From Octopus sinensis (taxonomy: Eukaryota): a stretch of 17,109 nucleotides of DNA. Positions 1-9,379 of the stretch are shown piece by piece. The DNA lies in contig NW_021825040.1 of the NCBI RefSeq assembly GCF_006345805.1, forward strand, positions 1 through 17,109. The letters are read 5' to 3'. A program made the position numbers and the translations under genes. Under the pieces are notes generated by a model, which worked only from the letters and a program-made list of their open reading frames with translations, was not told where the DNA came from and ran no database searches. Positions within the stretch are counted from its first letter, which is position 1, and the number at the start of each line of letters is the position of its first letter.

Positions 1-357
1 CCCAAACTTTCACGGAAAACAAATACAGCATTTAGAAATAAAAATCAATTGAACCACACGCGTATTTATCGTATGGTAAAATCTGGCGTGTGATTGAGTG
101 GATTTCATCCAGATAGTTTTGGCTGACGAGCTACAAATGGATTTTTTTTGTAAGTTAAAATTACATTTAATTCATTAATAGCGAAACAATTGTCCCAAAA
201 TAATCTGTATTGTTGTTATTTTTTATTTGCCCTGTCCGTGTGAGCTAAAAATCGTACTGACTTTCATGGGAAACATGTATTTTCGCGGTTGAAACCTTTT
301 GGATTAACTGGTGCTAGAGTGGCCCATATAGTGACCACTCTCTTATATTTATTTTTA

Positions 358-470
358 TCTATATATATATATATATATATATATATTCAGGAACTGAAAA
401 CATGTTATAATGTATATATAAAAATTAAAATTGTATAATATAGCAGCATTTTCGAACTTCATTTTTTACA

Positions 471-523
<53 letters not shown>

Positions 524-551
524 ATATATATCCTATATATATATATATATA
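358..551. repeat. (TA)n/(CA)n microsatellites (358-386, 469-551)
   Basis: Visible dinucleotide runs; they explain ORF 431..676. Confidence 0.95.
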
Positions 552-753
552 ATAGAAATATTAAAATTACTAAGTCTTCTCTAAAGAAGATTACGGCAGC
601 GTTACTGGAAATTAATAGTTATCGCCATATAATATGGCAGTCTTATAAATATAAGACTAAAGCTGTCGTTGATTAGCTCCAAGAGGCCACCGCCTCAAGC
701 TAGGTTATTTGACACACAAACCTGCGTCCATTATAAACCTTCGACAGGACACT

Positions 754-756
<3 letters not shown>

Positions 757-788
<32 letters not shown>

Positions 789-806
789 TAATATGTATGT
801 ATGTAG

Positions 807-837
<31 letters not shown>

Positions 838-868
838 GTGTGGTGTGTGTGTGTGGGTGTGTGTGGTG
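757..868. repeat. Compound (TA)n/(TG)n microsatellite
   Basis: Visible runs. Confidence 0.95.
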
Positions 869-882
869 TCATATGTTTGTGT

Positions 883-1055
<173 letters not shown>

Positions 1056-1159
1056 CGGTTAGAGAAGAAACCATATTTGAATGAAAGTTATCAACTGACT
1101 GATACAACTGTTCTCACAGATACTCCTCACTTTTTTTAGCTTCGTTGTGGGCCGCTTCT

Positions 1160-1815
1160 GGATTGTTAAATGTTTGATGTAATCTATGATTGTTCCATTC
1201 AAATAAAAAGAAATAAAACTATAAACGATAACACTTTTTAAGCTGTCTTCTGTTTCTATTCATCGATTATAGATTAATCCATTATGAAAATCTCGGCTAA
1301 GGAGATTAACATTTATACCAGATGAAACGGTGTTTTAAATATTCATTTTTCTTTTCATTTTATGCAAAAAATACAAATTATTTTTGCTATTTAAAAGTAT
1401 AGATCTAGATAGATCCCAATGTTTTATTGTCGTTATGCAGCAAAAATTCATGATTAGGACAATTCCCACCGTTTACATCGTATTTATGGGGTACAAATTC
1501 ATGAAAAATATTTTGATATTTACCACTAAAGAAATATTCTTGCTTTTGTACTTGTTTTGTAAGATTTTTGATATGAAATTGTGTGTTGAAATTAATATTT
1601 CTGTAATTTGGGAAGGTTGTATTGACAATAAAAGCACACGCGCTGATTATGTTTCGTTTCAGCTTCATTACCACCCAGTTTGATGATTAATCTATTGTTC
1701 AAAGGGTTAGTCGATTAGGCTGTCAAAAGTCTTTTCATCGCAATTTGCTACTATAATCATCTCATCAATTCTTATGATGTCCCTCAAGCACCTCTTTCTC
1801 TTCATTACTTATTGC
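1160..1815 (-). pseudogene. Possible very decayed Penelope-like RT relic
   Basis: Minus-strand peptides in PLE-like order: ISNEEKEVL (~1813-1787), FHEFVPHKYDV (~1500), SLAEIFIM (1303-1280), IDYIKHL (1187-1167). Each match is weak and the frames differ. Confidence 0.25.
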
Positions 1816-2308
1816 ATGTTTACTGTTCGTATCACAGGTTATTATATTTTTGAAACTTCTTTATATAGATACAGGTGGTTGGAGCTCAGCTATTGATAAA
1901 ATACAAATTGAAGTATTTATAGCATAGAAAATCTACTAAGAAACAGCTTCATAAAAAAATGACCTCAATAAAGTCACCTGAATAAATCTAACTTTAATTT
2001 CCATATTAAATTTTAAGGAAGTCCTTACCGTAAAGAGAAAACCTTACCGAAGAGAAAACCATGAATCTGGAGATAGTTGATGTAAAATATATATTACTGC
2101 ACAGAAAGGAGAATGATGCTACGTTCGTGCTATGGAAATGCTGTCATAGGTAAATAGCTTTACAATTATAAAGTTCGTGAGATGAGATATACTCACAGAT
2201 CGCAGGGAGAAGAGGAATTCGAAATTTCGTAGCTGCCTCTTTGGCGGAAAGAGAAAGAACTAACCAACAATGGTCTGTTTCTAGGGAATCTAGTTTTCAT
2301 GTAATTAT

Positions 2309-2522
2309 TGGTTTCAAAGTTTGGCACTAGGCCAGCAGTTTTGAGGGAGGGGTTATGTCGATTAAATCGCCCCCAGTACTCAACTGGTACTTATATTATC
2401 GACCCCGGAAGGATAAAAGGCAAAGTCGACCTTGGCAGAATTTGAACTCAGAATGTAAAGATGGACGAAGAGCCGCTAAGTGTTTTGCCCGGCGTTTTAA
2501 CGATTCTACCAGCTCGTCGCCT
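2309..2522 (-). mobile_element. SINE family B (tRNA-derived), full length, tail type 2
   Basis: Minus strand reads GGCGACGAGCTGGTAGAATCGTT...CTGAGTTCAAATTC (B box)...GGGGTCGATAA; aligns by eye to 16491-16815. Confidence 0.9.
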
Positions 2523-2762
2523 CCATTTTTCATATGATTATTGACAAGACTGACAAACTATATTAAAATTTCTCGTCACTCTTTAATCAATTTGGTTTTA
2601 AAGTTGTCTGCTTTGTTTTTCGTGACAAGAATTATCGTCAATGCTAACTCATTTTTTTTTTTGTTTCATTACGTAATTTTGATTAATTAAGCAGTTTCTT
2701 GGTATACTACACGAATTATGCTACCTCTAACTTAAATATATATTAAGATATTTGTATACTAC

Positions 2763-3400
2763 GTGGAACTGATCCTGGACATGTCTATCAGGTCCTGTCA
2801 GACGATAAGACTTGATGAGATTAAATCTACTCAACTAACGAAACTTGACCAGAACAATATCGAAAATGACAAACTTCATAAAGAAGAATTAAAGTTAGTA
2901 TTTGACAGCAGAATGGAAATGTTAATAACGGTTAATTTTTATCAGAGATGTATCAGAAAGGACAGCCATGGGGATTTATTATTGCTACTTATATCTAATA
3001 TCTATGAGAAAGTGTTTGCCCAAACGGCTAAGATAAATCCTTTAGCTTGGCTCAGACATATGGATAGCTCCTATTAACAACAGCAGGAAAATAACAGAGA
3101 TTTACTGAATTTTATAAACTCCAATGGAAACAAATACAATACACAGAAAGAAAACTTCACTCGCCATTCCAAGTTGTAGCAGTTCAACGCACAAAAGTAA
3201 GGTGAAAGCATATATAAAATCCTGTTCTTTTGTGACAGAACGAACTCCAAAATATTAGAATCGCAGAACGTCGACCATTCTATTCATTCTATTCAGATGA
3301 GAAACAAAAAAATCAGGGATGACAGAGCATGTACAATGTAAACAAGGAAATCATATTCTAGAAAATGATAACCTTACAGAACAAAGAACCACAAATGATA
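2763..3400 (+). pseudogene. Decayed Penelope-like element reverse transcriptase (palm/thumb)
   Basis: Colinear motifs across frameshifts: NFYQ (2934), TAMG (2962), ISNIY (2991), NPLAWLRHMD (cf. PxxWxRYVDD), LLNFINS (3102), IQYT (3134), PF (3164). These follow the PLE pattern FYxQxxGxAMG..ANIYM..WxRYVDD..FLNxLNS..IxFT..LPFLD. The catalytic YxDD is destroyed. Confidence 0.6.
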
Positions 3401-3941
3401 TCATGGAAATTAAAAGAAGCAATGGTTATAGCTTTAGCTGAGAAATCAATTAACAGAGCTAGCTACATCTCAATATAGTTCAATATTATTCAAAATAAGT
3501 ATTGAAATAACCCCCCAAATCGATTGATACTTAAACTAATTAAGCTAATTAACAACAGAAGCATATAACTGTGCTTTATCTGTTTTACTTTCTTTCGTTA
3601 CTTCTTTTTAGTTTTTTTTTCTTATATAAGAAATATTATATACCTTTCTCATTCTGTCATGGCTCCCCAGCTTTACAAGGATGTTTAAATTGATCTGGTA
3701 AATAAATATCCATCACAGAGTGGACGAGAGTTGCACGATTTCACACGTATTAAACTGTTTGAAGTTAAATCTCAATCGCATATATATATTTGCATCAAAC
3801 AGCGATAAGTCCCACAGTCTTGTGTAACCTTGTTTTCTTATCCAAAATGGAGGCAATTATCAGCATTTTAAAGTGAAAATTGTGGATATTCGTTCCACAT
3901 GAAGACATTGGTAACATTGCACAAATAAGTGTATATATATG

Positions 3942-4059
3942 TTTTGCGTAATAAGATAAAAAAAACCAAGGCTGTATCCTAGAAACAGCTGTAAGACCTG
4001 CTATCTATAAATGCTCTAATAACTATACAGCCTTGGTTTTTTTATCTTATTACGCAAAA
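3942..4059. repeat. Inverted repeat, ~36-bp arms, 47-bp spacer
   Basis: 3942-3977 is the reverse complement of 4025-4059 except for one base in the A/T run. Confidence 0.95.
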
Positions 4060-4213
4060 AATTCTTATATACACATGCTGACATAGAACCAACGATGAAC
4101 CCTTTATTCGCAATATTACCGAATCTTGAACTTAACTATGGTCTGTCTATAGCACTTATTCAGCATTACCTGACACATTTGGGTCTCAATGACACCATTA
4201 TCTCTTATAACCT

Positions 4214-4216
<3 letters not shown>

Positions 4217-4249
<33 letters not shown>
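4217..4249. repeat. (TA)n microsatellite
   Basis: Visible run. Confidence 0.95.
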
Positions 4250-4252
<3 letters not shown>

Positions 4253-4311
4253 AAGATACATGTATAGTATTACATACACCCCCACCACATATATATAAAT
4301 AATTTATGTCA

Positions 4312-4390
4312 CTTTGAGACCGCGACCTGTTCACTGACAATATTCTGTGCTGCACGGAATTTTGTCAGTGAACAGGTCGCGGTCTCAAAG
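4312..4390. repeat. Near-perfect 79-nt palindrome
   Basis: 4312-4350 vs 4352-4390: 39-bp arms, 2 mismatches, 1-nt centre. Confidence 0.97.
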
Positions 4391-4756
4391 CGAAGAAAAT
4401 ATTTTGGCAAATTAAATTTAAATGTTGAAGTGAATCTAACGGTTTTTGTGTGTTTTTTAATGGCTTATAAATACCTTCCACGCTGCAATTGTTTTCGTAT
4501 ATATAAAAAACAAAACAAAAATGGAACAGGAACGTAACAGGCGATAACAAAATATAGGGACAGTTAGACGATACAAAAAGGAGAGGAAAAAACAAGGATG
4601 GGCTATTTGGAGCTTCCTATCCTCGGTTGAGTTACAGATCATCTCTGCAGTTTCAGCCGGTTACACTCGAGATCGCTCCAATCTGGCCTACCCCAAGAAA
4701 ATCGAAGCTAAGAGCACTAGACTCCTTGGAAGAAAGCAAGCGAATGTATAATTATA

Positions 4757-4916
4757 TACGACGGGCTTCTTGTAGTTTCCGTCTACCAAATCCACTCACG
4801 AGGCTTTGGTCGGCGCTAAGCTACAGTAAAAGACACTTGCTCAAGATGCCATGCAGTGGGACTGAACCCGGAATCATGTAGTTGGGAAGCAAACTCATTA
4901 CAACGCAGCCACTCCT

Positions 4917-4920
<4 letters not shown>
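4757..4920 (-). mobile_element. SINE family A, 5' half
   Basis: Minus strand GCGCAGGAGTGGCTGCGTTGTAA...CCGGGTTCAGTCCCACTGC (A/B boxes); ends at the internal TA tract. Confidence 0.9.
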
Positions 4921-4953
<33 letters not shown>

Positions 4954-4957
<4 letters not shown>

Positions 4958-5374
4958 TGTGTGGTAAGTGGCTTGCATACCAACTACATGCTTCTGGGTT
5001 CAGTCTCACTGCGTGGCGCCTTAGGCAAGTGTCTTCTACTATAGCCTCGGGCCGACCAAAGCCTTGTGAGTAGATTTGATAGACGGAAACTGAAAGAAGC
5101 CCGTCGTATATATGTATATATATGTATGTATGTGTGTATATATGTTTGTGTGTCTGTGTGTATGTTTGTGTGCCTGTGTTTGTCCCCCCAACATCGCTTG
5201 ACAACCGATGCTGGTGTGTTTATATCCCTGTAACGTAGCGGTTCGGCAAAAGAGATCGATAGAATAAGTACTAGGCTTACAAAGAATAAGTCCCGGGGTC
5301 GATTTGCTCGACTAAAGGCAGTACTCTAGCATGGCCGCAGTCAAATAACTGAAACAAATAAAAGAGTAAAAGAG
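4954..5374 (+). mobile_element. SINE family A, near full length (tRNA-derived head, CORE-like segment; resembles octopus OR-type SINEs)
   Basis: A box TGGCTGTGTGG, B box GGTTCAGTCTC, CCTTAGGCAAGTGTC (cf. CORE CCTTGGGCAAGT), internal TA/TG tract, (TAAAAGAG)2 tail; several other copies in the window. Confidence 0.92.
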
Positions 5375-5380
5375 TATATA

Positions 5381-5416
<36 letters not shown>

Positions 5417-5417
5417 C

Positions 5418-5448
<31 letters not shown>

Positions 5449-5500
5449 TGTATGTATGCATGCATGTACGTATGTATGTATGTAGTTAGGTAGGTATACA
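5375..5500. repeat. (TA)n/(TATG)n microsatellite
   Basis: Visible runs. Confidence 0.95.
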
Positions 5501-6200
5501 TAACATGGTATCTGATGACGAGCGTAAACTAAGACACTCGAGACGTTGTGTTAGAAACTAATAGATTATCATTCTGGAAATGTTTCTAGCTGCACCTACT
5601 TGAAACTTATAATATTCTTTTTTCTTTTTCTTCGTTCTTCGAAAACAAAAGATTTTTCAAATGCTTTTTTACAGATTACAACGGCTTTGAGCTAATCAAA
5701 TCTGAATTTATTGAATAAATTAATATTTTAATTGTTAGCCTAAAGTGACATGAATAGCAGACGCAAAAGTGTGAATAATTTGGACATTAATTTACATTAG
5801 CCAATAATGCATGCATACATAAAAATTAAAATGGAAAAGACATGGCTGTGTTGATAAATAGTTGAATGAAGACATATGTCAGGGTTTCAAATTGCGCTGT
5901 CATCATTTCATTTTTTTTCCTTCTGCAAGGGAATCAAACGTCAAGGAGCTCTACACAAGACAACCGTTTAGCAAAGCTGTTAGAGCCTCGGGTGGAATAG
6001 TTCAAGGTAATTATTCTGATTCTGCACTCAGTACTGATGGAATATTGTTTTTAAACTCAAAGAAAACTATGGATGAGTTGTGGCATCGTCTTCTTAAAAT
6101 ATTATATTTCGGGATGGTTATTTTATTTTCCCAAATAAATACGCCCTGTATACTCGTTCTTCATTTCATATTTATTATTACTCTTATTTTACTGTCCTTT

Positions 6201-6243
6201 GTCTTAAATCTTTCGTCACACGTCCTGTGACCTCTTCAGCAAC
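6201..6243 (-). ncRNA. Minimal hammerhead-ribozyme-like motif
   Basis: Minus strand CTGAAGA-G-GTCACA-ggacg-TGTGAC-GAAA-GATTTA: both core boxes and a perfect 6-bp stem II; stems I and III are weak. Confidence 0.45.
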
Positions 6244-6501
6244 TCTCCACCCTGCGTGTCTCTTCCTGTTCTGTTTAGTCCATTCTATCTTTCTCTGGTG
6301 TGTATTCTTAAAATGCTTGATTTAGTTACTTACCCGTAACTTACTGTCTGGCGAAGACGATTCGCAATCTTTCATCCGTAACATATATTTTCCGTTTCTG
6401 GAAATACATTATTAACGAGAACGAAGACCAAATATTTAGCAAAAATTACAGCGATTCATTATATCTTCCCAACTGAAACTTTACACCAAAGATAACGTTA
6501 A

Positions 6502-6556
<55 letters not shown>

Positions 6557-6574
6557 TTAATAATAATAATAATA

Positions 6575-6605
<31 letters not shown>

Positions 6606-6620
6606 TGATAATAATAATGA
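6502..6620. repeat. (TAA)n microsatellite; further tracts at 7016-7073, 7280-7317, 7855-7881, 8318-8336, 8385-8402, 8819-8833
   Basis: Visible runs. Confidence 0.97.
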
Positions 6621-6621
6621 T

Positions 6622-7015
6622 ATAGGAAGCCAGACATAGTCTTAATTGAGAAAGAAAAAAACTATGCTGAATCATAAATATAGCATGCCAAGCTGACAAC
6701 AAGGTATGCGATAAGGAAGAGAGAAAAGTCGAGAGATATGACGTGTTAGCTTGGGAAGTTAAGCAGTCGATGAAATAGGTAGTAGAAATAACAATAATTG
6801 TCGGAGCCCTTGGAACACTGAGAAAAAAATCTCGAGAAGTATGTGGAACAAATAGGGGCTGCAAAAAGGGTGGAGCACTTGCAGAAAACAGCACTGCTTG
6901 GAACCGCTCGTATACTCTGGAAGGTGCTCGAAAAATAAGAGGTGTTACATTAGTTCACTGGCAGTGAACAGCTGACACTGTAGTACATCTCCAGCGTTAG
7001 AAGCTGTGCAAAGGC
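6622..7015 (+). mobile_element. 5'-truncated R4/Dong-clade non-LTR retrotransposon, family 1 (RLE C-terminus plus 3' UTR)
   Basis: RKPDIVLIEKEK/LC*IINIACQADNKVCDKEERKVERYDVLAWEVK..IIVGALGT/NLEKYVEQIG..HLQKTALLGTARILWKVLEK* (stop 6936-6938) is a PD-(D/E)xK-type RLE tail. The 3' UTR has a hairpin GTTCACTG-G-CAGTGAAC at 6953-6969. TAA repeats flank both sides. Confidence 0.88.
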
Positions 7016-7073
<58 letters not shown>

Positions 7074-7279
7074 GGGCTACTCAACCTGAAGAAAATTCTA
7101 ATTGGGCCCCACCTGCAAGGTCATGTGCTGTTTATCTTGAAATGAGATCACCATGTCGCGCACATATGGTTGTATGCATGTGCTGGTGTACCCTTATCAG
7201 ACGGGTAGTCATGATGGGTATATGGGCTTCGTATATTTTACCCCGTGTCACTTTGATGGCATGAACTGCTCTCTCACTC
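7074..7279 (+). mobile_element. TAA-tailed non-coding retroposon 3' end, short copy
   Basis: Near-identical to 7650-7854 with the same 3' end CTCACTC+(AAT)n. Confidence 0.8.
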
Positions 7280-7317
7280 AATAATAATAATAATAATAAT
7301 AATAATATAAAATAATA

Positions 7318-7854
7318 GTACCAGCAGTGGCTCTCATGGCTTCTGATCTTAACTGATTGGAAGTGTTATCATGTACATTGTTTTGTCTTGGTATAAAAGA
7401 TGGGCTACAGCAAATATTCTGCTAATACCACAGATTTGCTTGTCAGTTGTTTGACCTTAACCAGTTGAGCATGTCCTTTAGTGGCTGACGATATGTGCAT
7501 CTCTGATCACGAACAGAAGTAGTGGGGGAGCATCATAGCCATGTGTTGAGAGGGATTCTTTGGGGTTTCAATGATTCACCTCTGGAAACATGGGTGTTTC
7601 ATTCAACATCCTTAAACAACCCTTATTCAGGGACCTTTTGAGCGGGATGGGTTACTCGATCTGAAGAAAATCTAACTGGGCCCCACCTGAAGGTAATGTG
7701 CTGTTTATCTTGATATGAGATCACCATGTCGCGCACAATGGTTGTGATGCATGTGCCTGGTGTACCTTATCAGATGGGTAGTCATGATGGGTATACTGGG
7801 CTTCGTATATTTTACCCCAGTGTCACTTTGATGGCATGCTCTGCTCGCTCACTC
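7318..7854 (+). mobile_element. TAA-tailed non-coding retroposon 3' end, long copy
   Basis: Shares its 3' ~205 bp with 7074-7279 but has a different 5' end; flanked by TAA repeats. Confidence 0.8.
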
Positions 7855-7881
7855 AATAATAATAATAATAATAATAATAAT

Positions 7882-8316
7882 GTGAAAGACCAAAACAATA
7901 AGTTTGCTTATTGATCGACATGAGCATCCCCTGTGATCATAATATCTCAGCGAAAGAGTTGACAAGCTCAGAAAATATAAAGACCTACTCATTGAAATTG
8001 AAAAATGTGGCATCTCAAGGCGGTTACAATACCAGTGATCGTAGGAGCACTAGGAACGATCAAGAAGGGAACCGAAAATTATATGAGAATGATCCCTGGC
8101 TTACCATTCCTGCAGAAGTGCAAAAGATTGTCTTAACTGGTACATCACACGTATTGAGAAGAGCATTGTCGATGTGAGAACTGTTGCTGCTCATGTATTT
8201 TAATTTAACTTAAAAAAAAAAAAAAAAAAAAAATGAACGAACTACTGAGTTTGCCCTAGGAGTCGGGAAGACACTCGGCAAGAAATGTAAGCAAATTTGA
8301 AAGAAGAAAAAAAAAA
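7882..8316 (+). mobile_element. 5'-truncated R4/Dong-clade non-LTR retrotransposon, family 2 (RLE C-terminus plus 3' UTR)
   Basis: With four 1-nt repairs it reads VKDQNNKVCLLIDMSIPCDHNISAKEFDKLRKYKDLLIEIEKMWHLKAVTIPVIVGALGTIKKGTENYMRMIPGLPFLQEVQKIVLTGTSHVLRRALSM* (stop at 8177). Confidence 0.9.
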
Positions 8317-8336
8317 GTAATGATAATAATAATAAT

Positions 8337-8384
8337 GTCGGGAAGACACTCGGCAAGAAATGGAAGCAAATTTGAAAGAAAAAA
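8337..8384 (+). mobile_element. Very short 3'-terminal copy of R4/Dong family 2
   Basis: GTCGGGAAGACACTCGGCAAGAAATGGAAGCAAATTTGAAAGAA repeats 8262-8305 with 1 mismatch, between TAA tracts. Confidence 0.85.
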
Positions 8385-8403
8385 TAAATAATAATAATAA
8401 TAT

Positions 8404-8617
8404 TTTTCTTGTTTCAGTCATTTGATTGTGGCCATGCTGGAGCATCGCCTTTAGTCGAGCAAATCGACCACAGGACTTATTCTTTGTAAGCCTAGTACTT
8501 ATTCTGTCGGTCTCTTTTGCCGAATCGCTAAGTTACGGGGACGTAAACACACCAGTATCGGTTGTCAAGCGATGTTGGGGGGACAAACACAGACACACAA
8601 ACACATACACAGACACA

Positions 8618-8655
<38 letters not shown>

Positions 8656-8819
8656 TATATATATACACACACACAAATACATATATACGACGGGATTCTT
8701 TCAGTTTCCGTCTACCAAATCCACTCACAAGGCTTGCCGAAGGTACCACGCAGTAGGAATGAACCCGGAACCATGTGGTTGGTAAGCAAGTTACTTACCA
8801 CACAGCCACTCGTGCGCCT
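8404..8819 (-). mobile_element. SINE family A, full length, with a 32-bp internal deletion
   Basis: Aligns to 15920-16319; the deletion near 8735 lies between CTT microhomologies; TAA tracts on both sides. Confidence 0.92.
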
Positions 8820-9379
8820 AATAATAATAATAATTAAGAATACCGTATTGAGAAAATAAAGTTATTTAGAAATCGAAATACACTTCTCAGTCGCGGTTCA
8901 AACATTAATTAACAAGAACTTATTGTCCACATCATCGATGGTTGCAAAGAAATGAATCAATAAAACAACTGTTTCATGATAACTTACCATAATAATTATT
9001 AAGCCGAGCAAGAATTCCAGAAGTATTTGAGTACTATGATGTTGTTTCTGACAGAATTTATTATTAACCTTAATGAGTTCATTACTTCATTAAGATTACA
9101 CTCTCAATTTGCTTATCGGTAGGTAAAGTATGATTTAGTTATATTCCTGAGATTGAGTAACTTAAGACAAGCTCTTTAAACTTCGTGGCTCTACTACAGT
9201 TTCTTTGATACAGGCACATGACAAGGATGTATTAACTTAGACGAGGAAAGAAATTAATTCGGCGAAACATTGTGTGAAAACAAAGTATATATAGCATGAT
9301 CCAAAGGACATATTCCTGACACTTTGATTCATCAGAACAAGAAGAATCTCTTCATTAGAGAAAACGCTAAAATCATAGA

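Noticed and set aside
683-704. Helitron 3' end (GC hairpin plus CTAG)
   Set aside because: Short stem, only 3 nt from CTAG, followed by G rather than T; no 5' end identified
5862-6230. 122-aa ORF with hydrophobic C-terminus
   Set aside because: Non-ATG start, hydrophobicity comes from T-rich DNA, no recognisable domain
7485-7515. CTGACGA..CACGAAC hammerhead-like string
   Set aside because: No GAAA, misregistered 3-bp stem II, no stem I or III
6502-8402. CRISPR-like repeat/spacer layout
   Set aside because: The repeats are variable-length microsatellites and the spacers are retroposon 3' ends; eukaryotic context with no cas genes
8890-9000. PLE thumb-like peptides (VQTLINK..EMN/IKQLFHDN)
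   Set aside because: Too short and frameshifted to distinguish from chance
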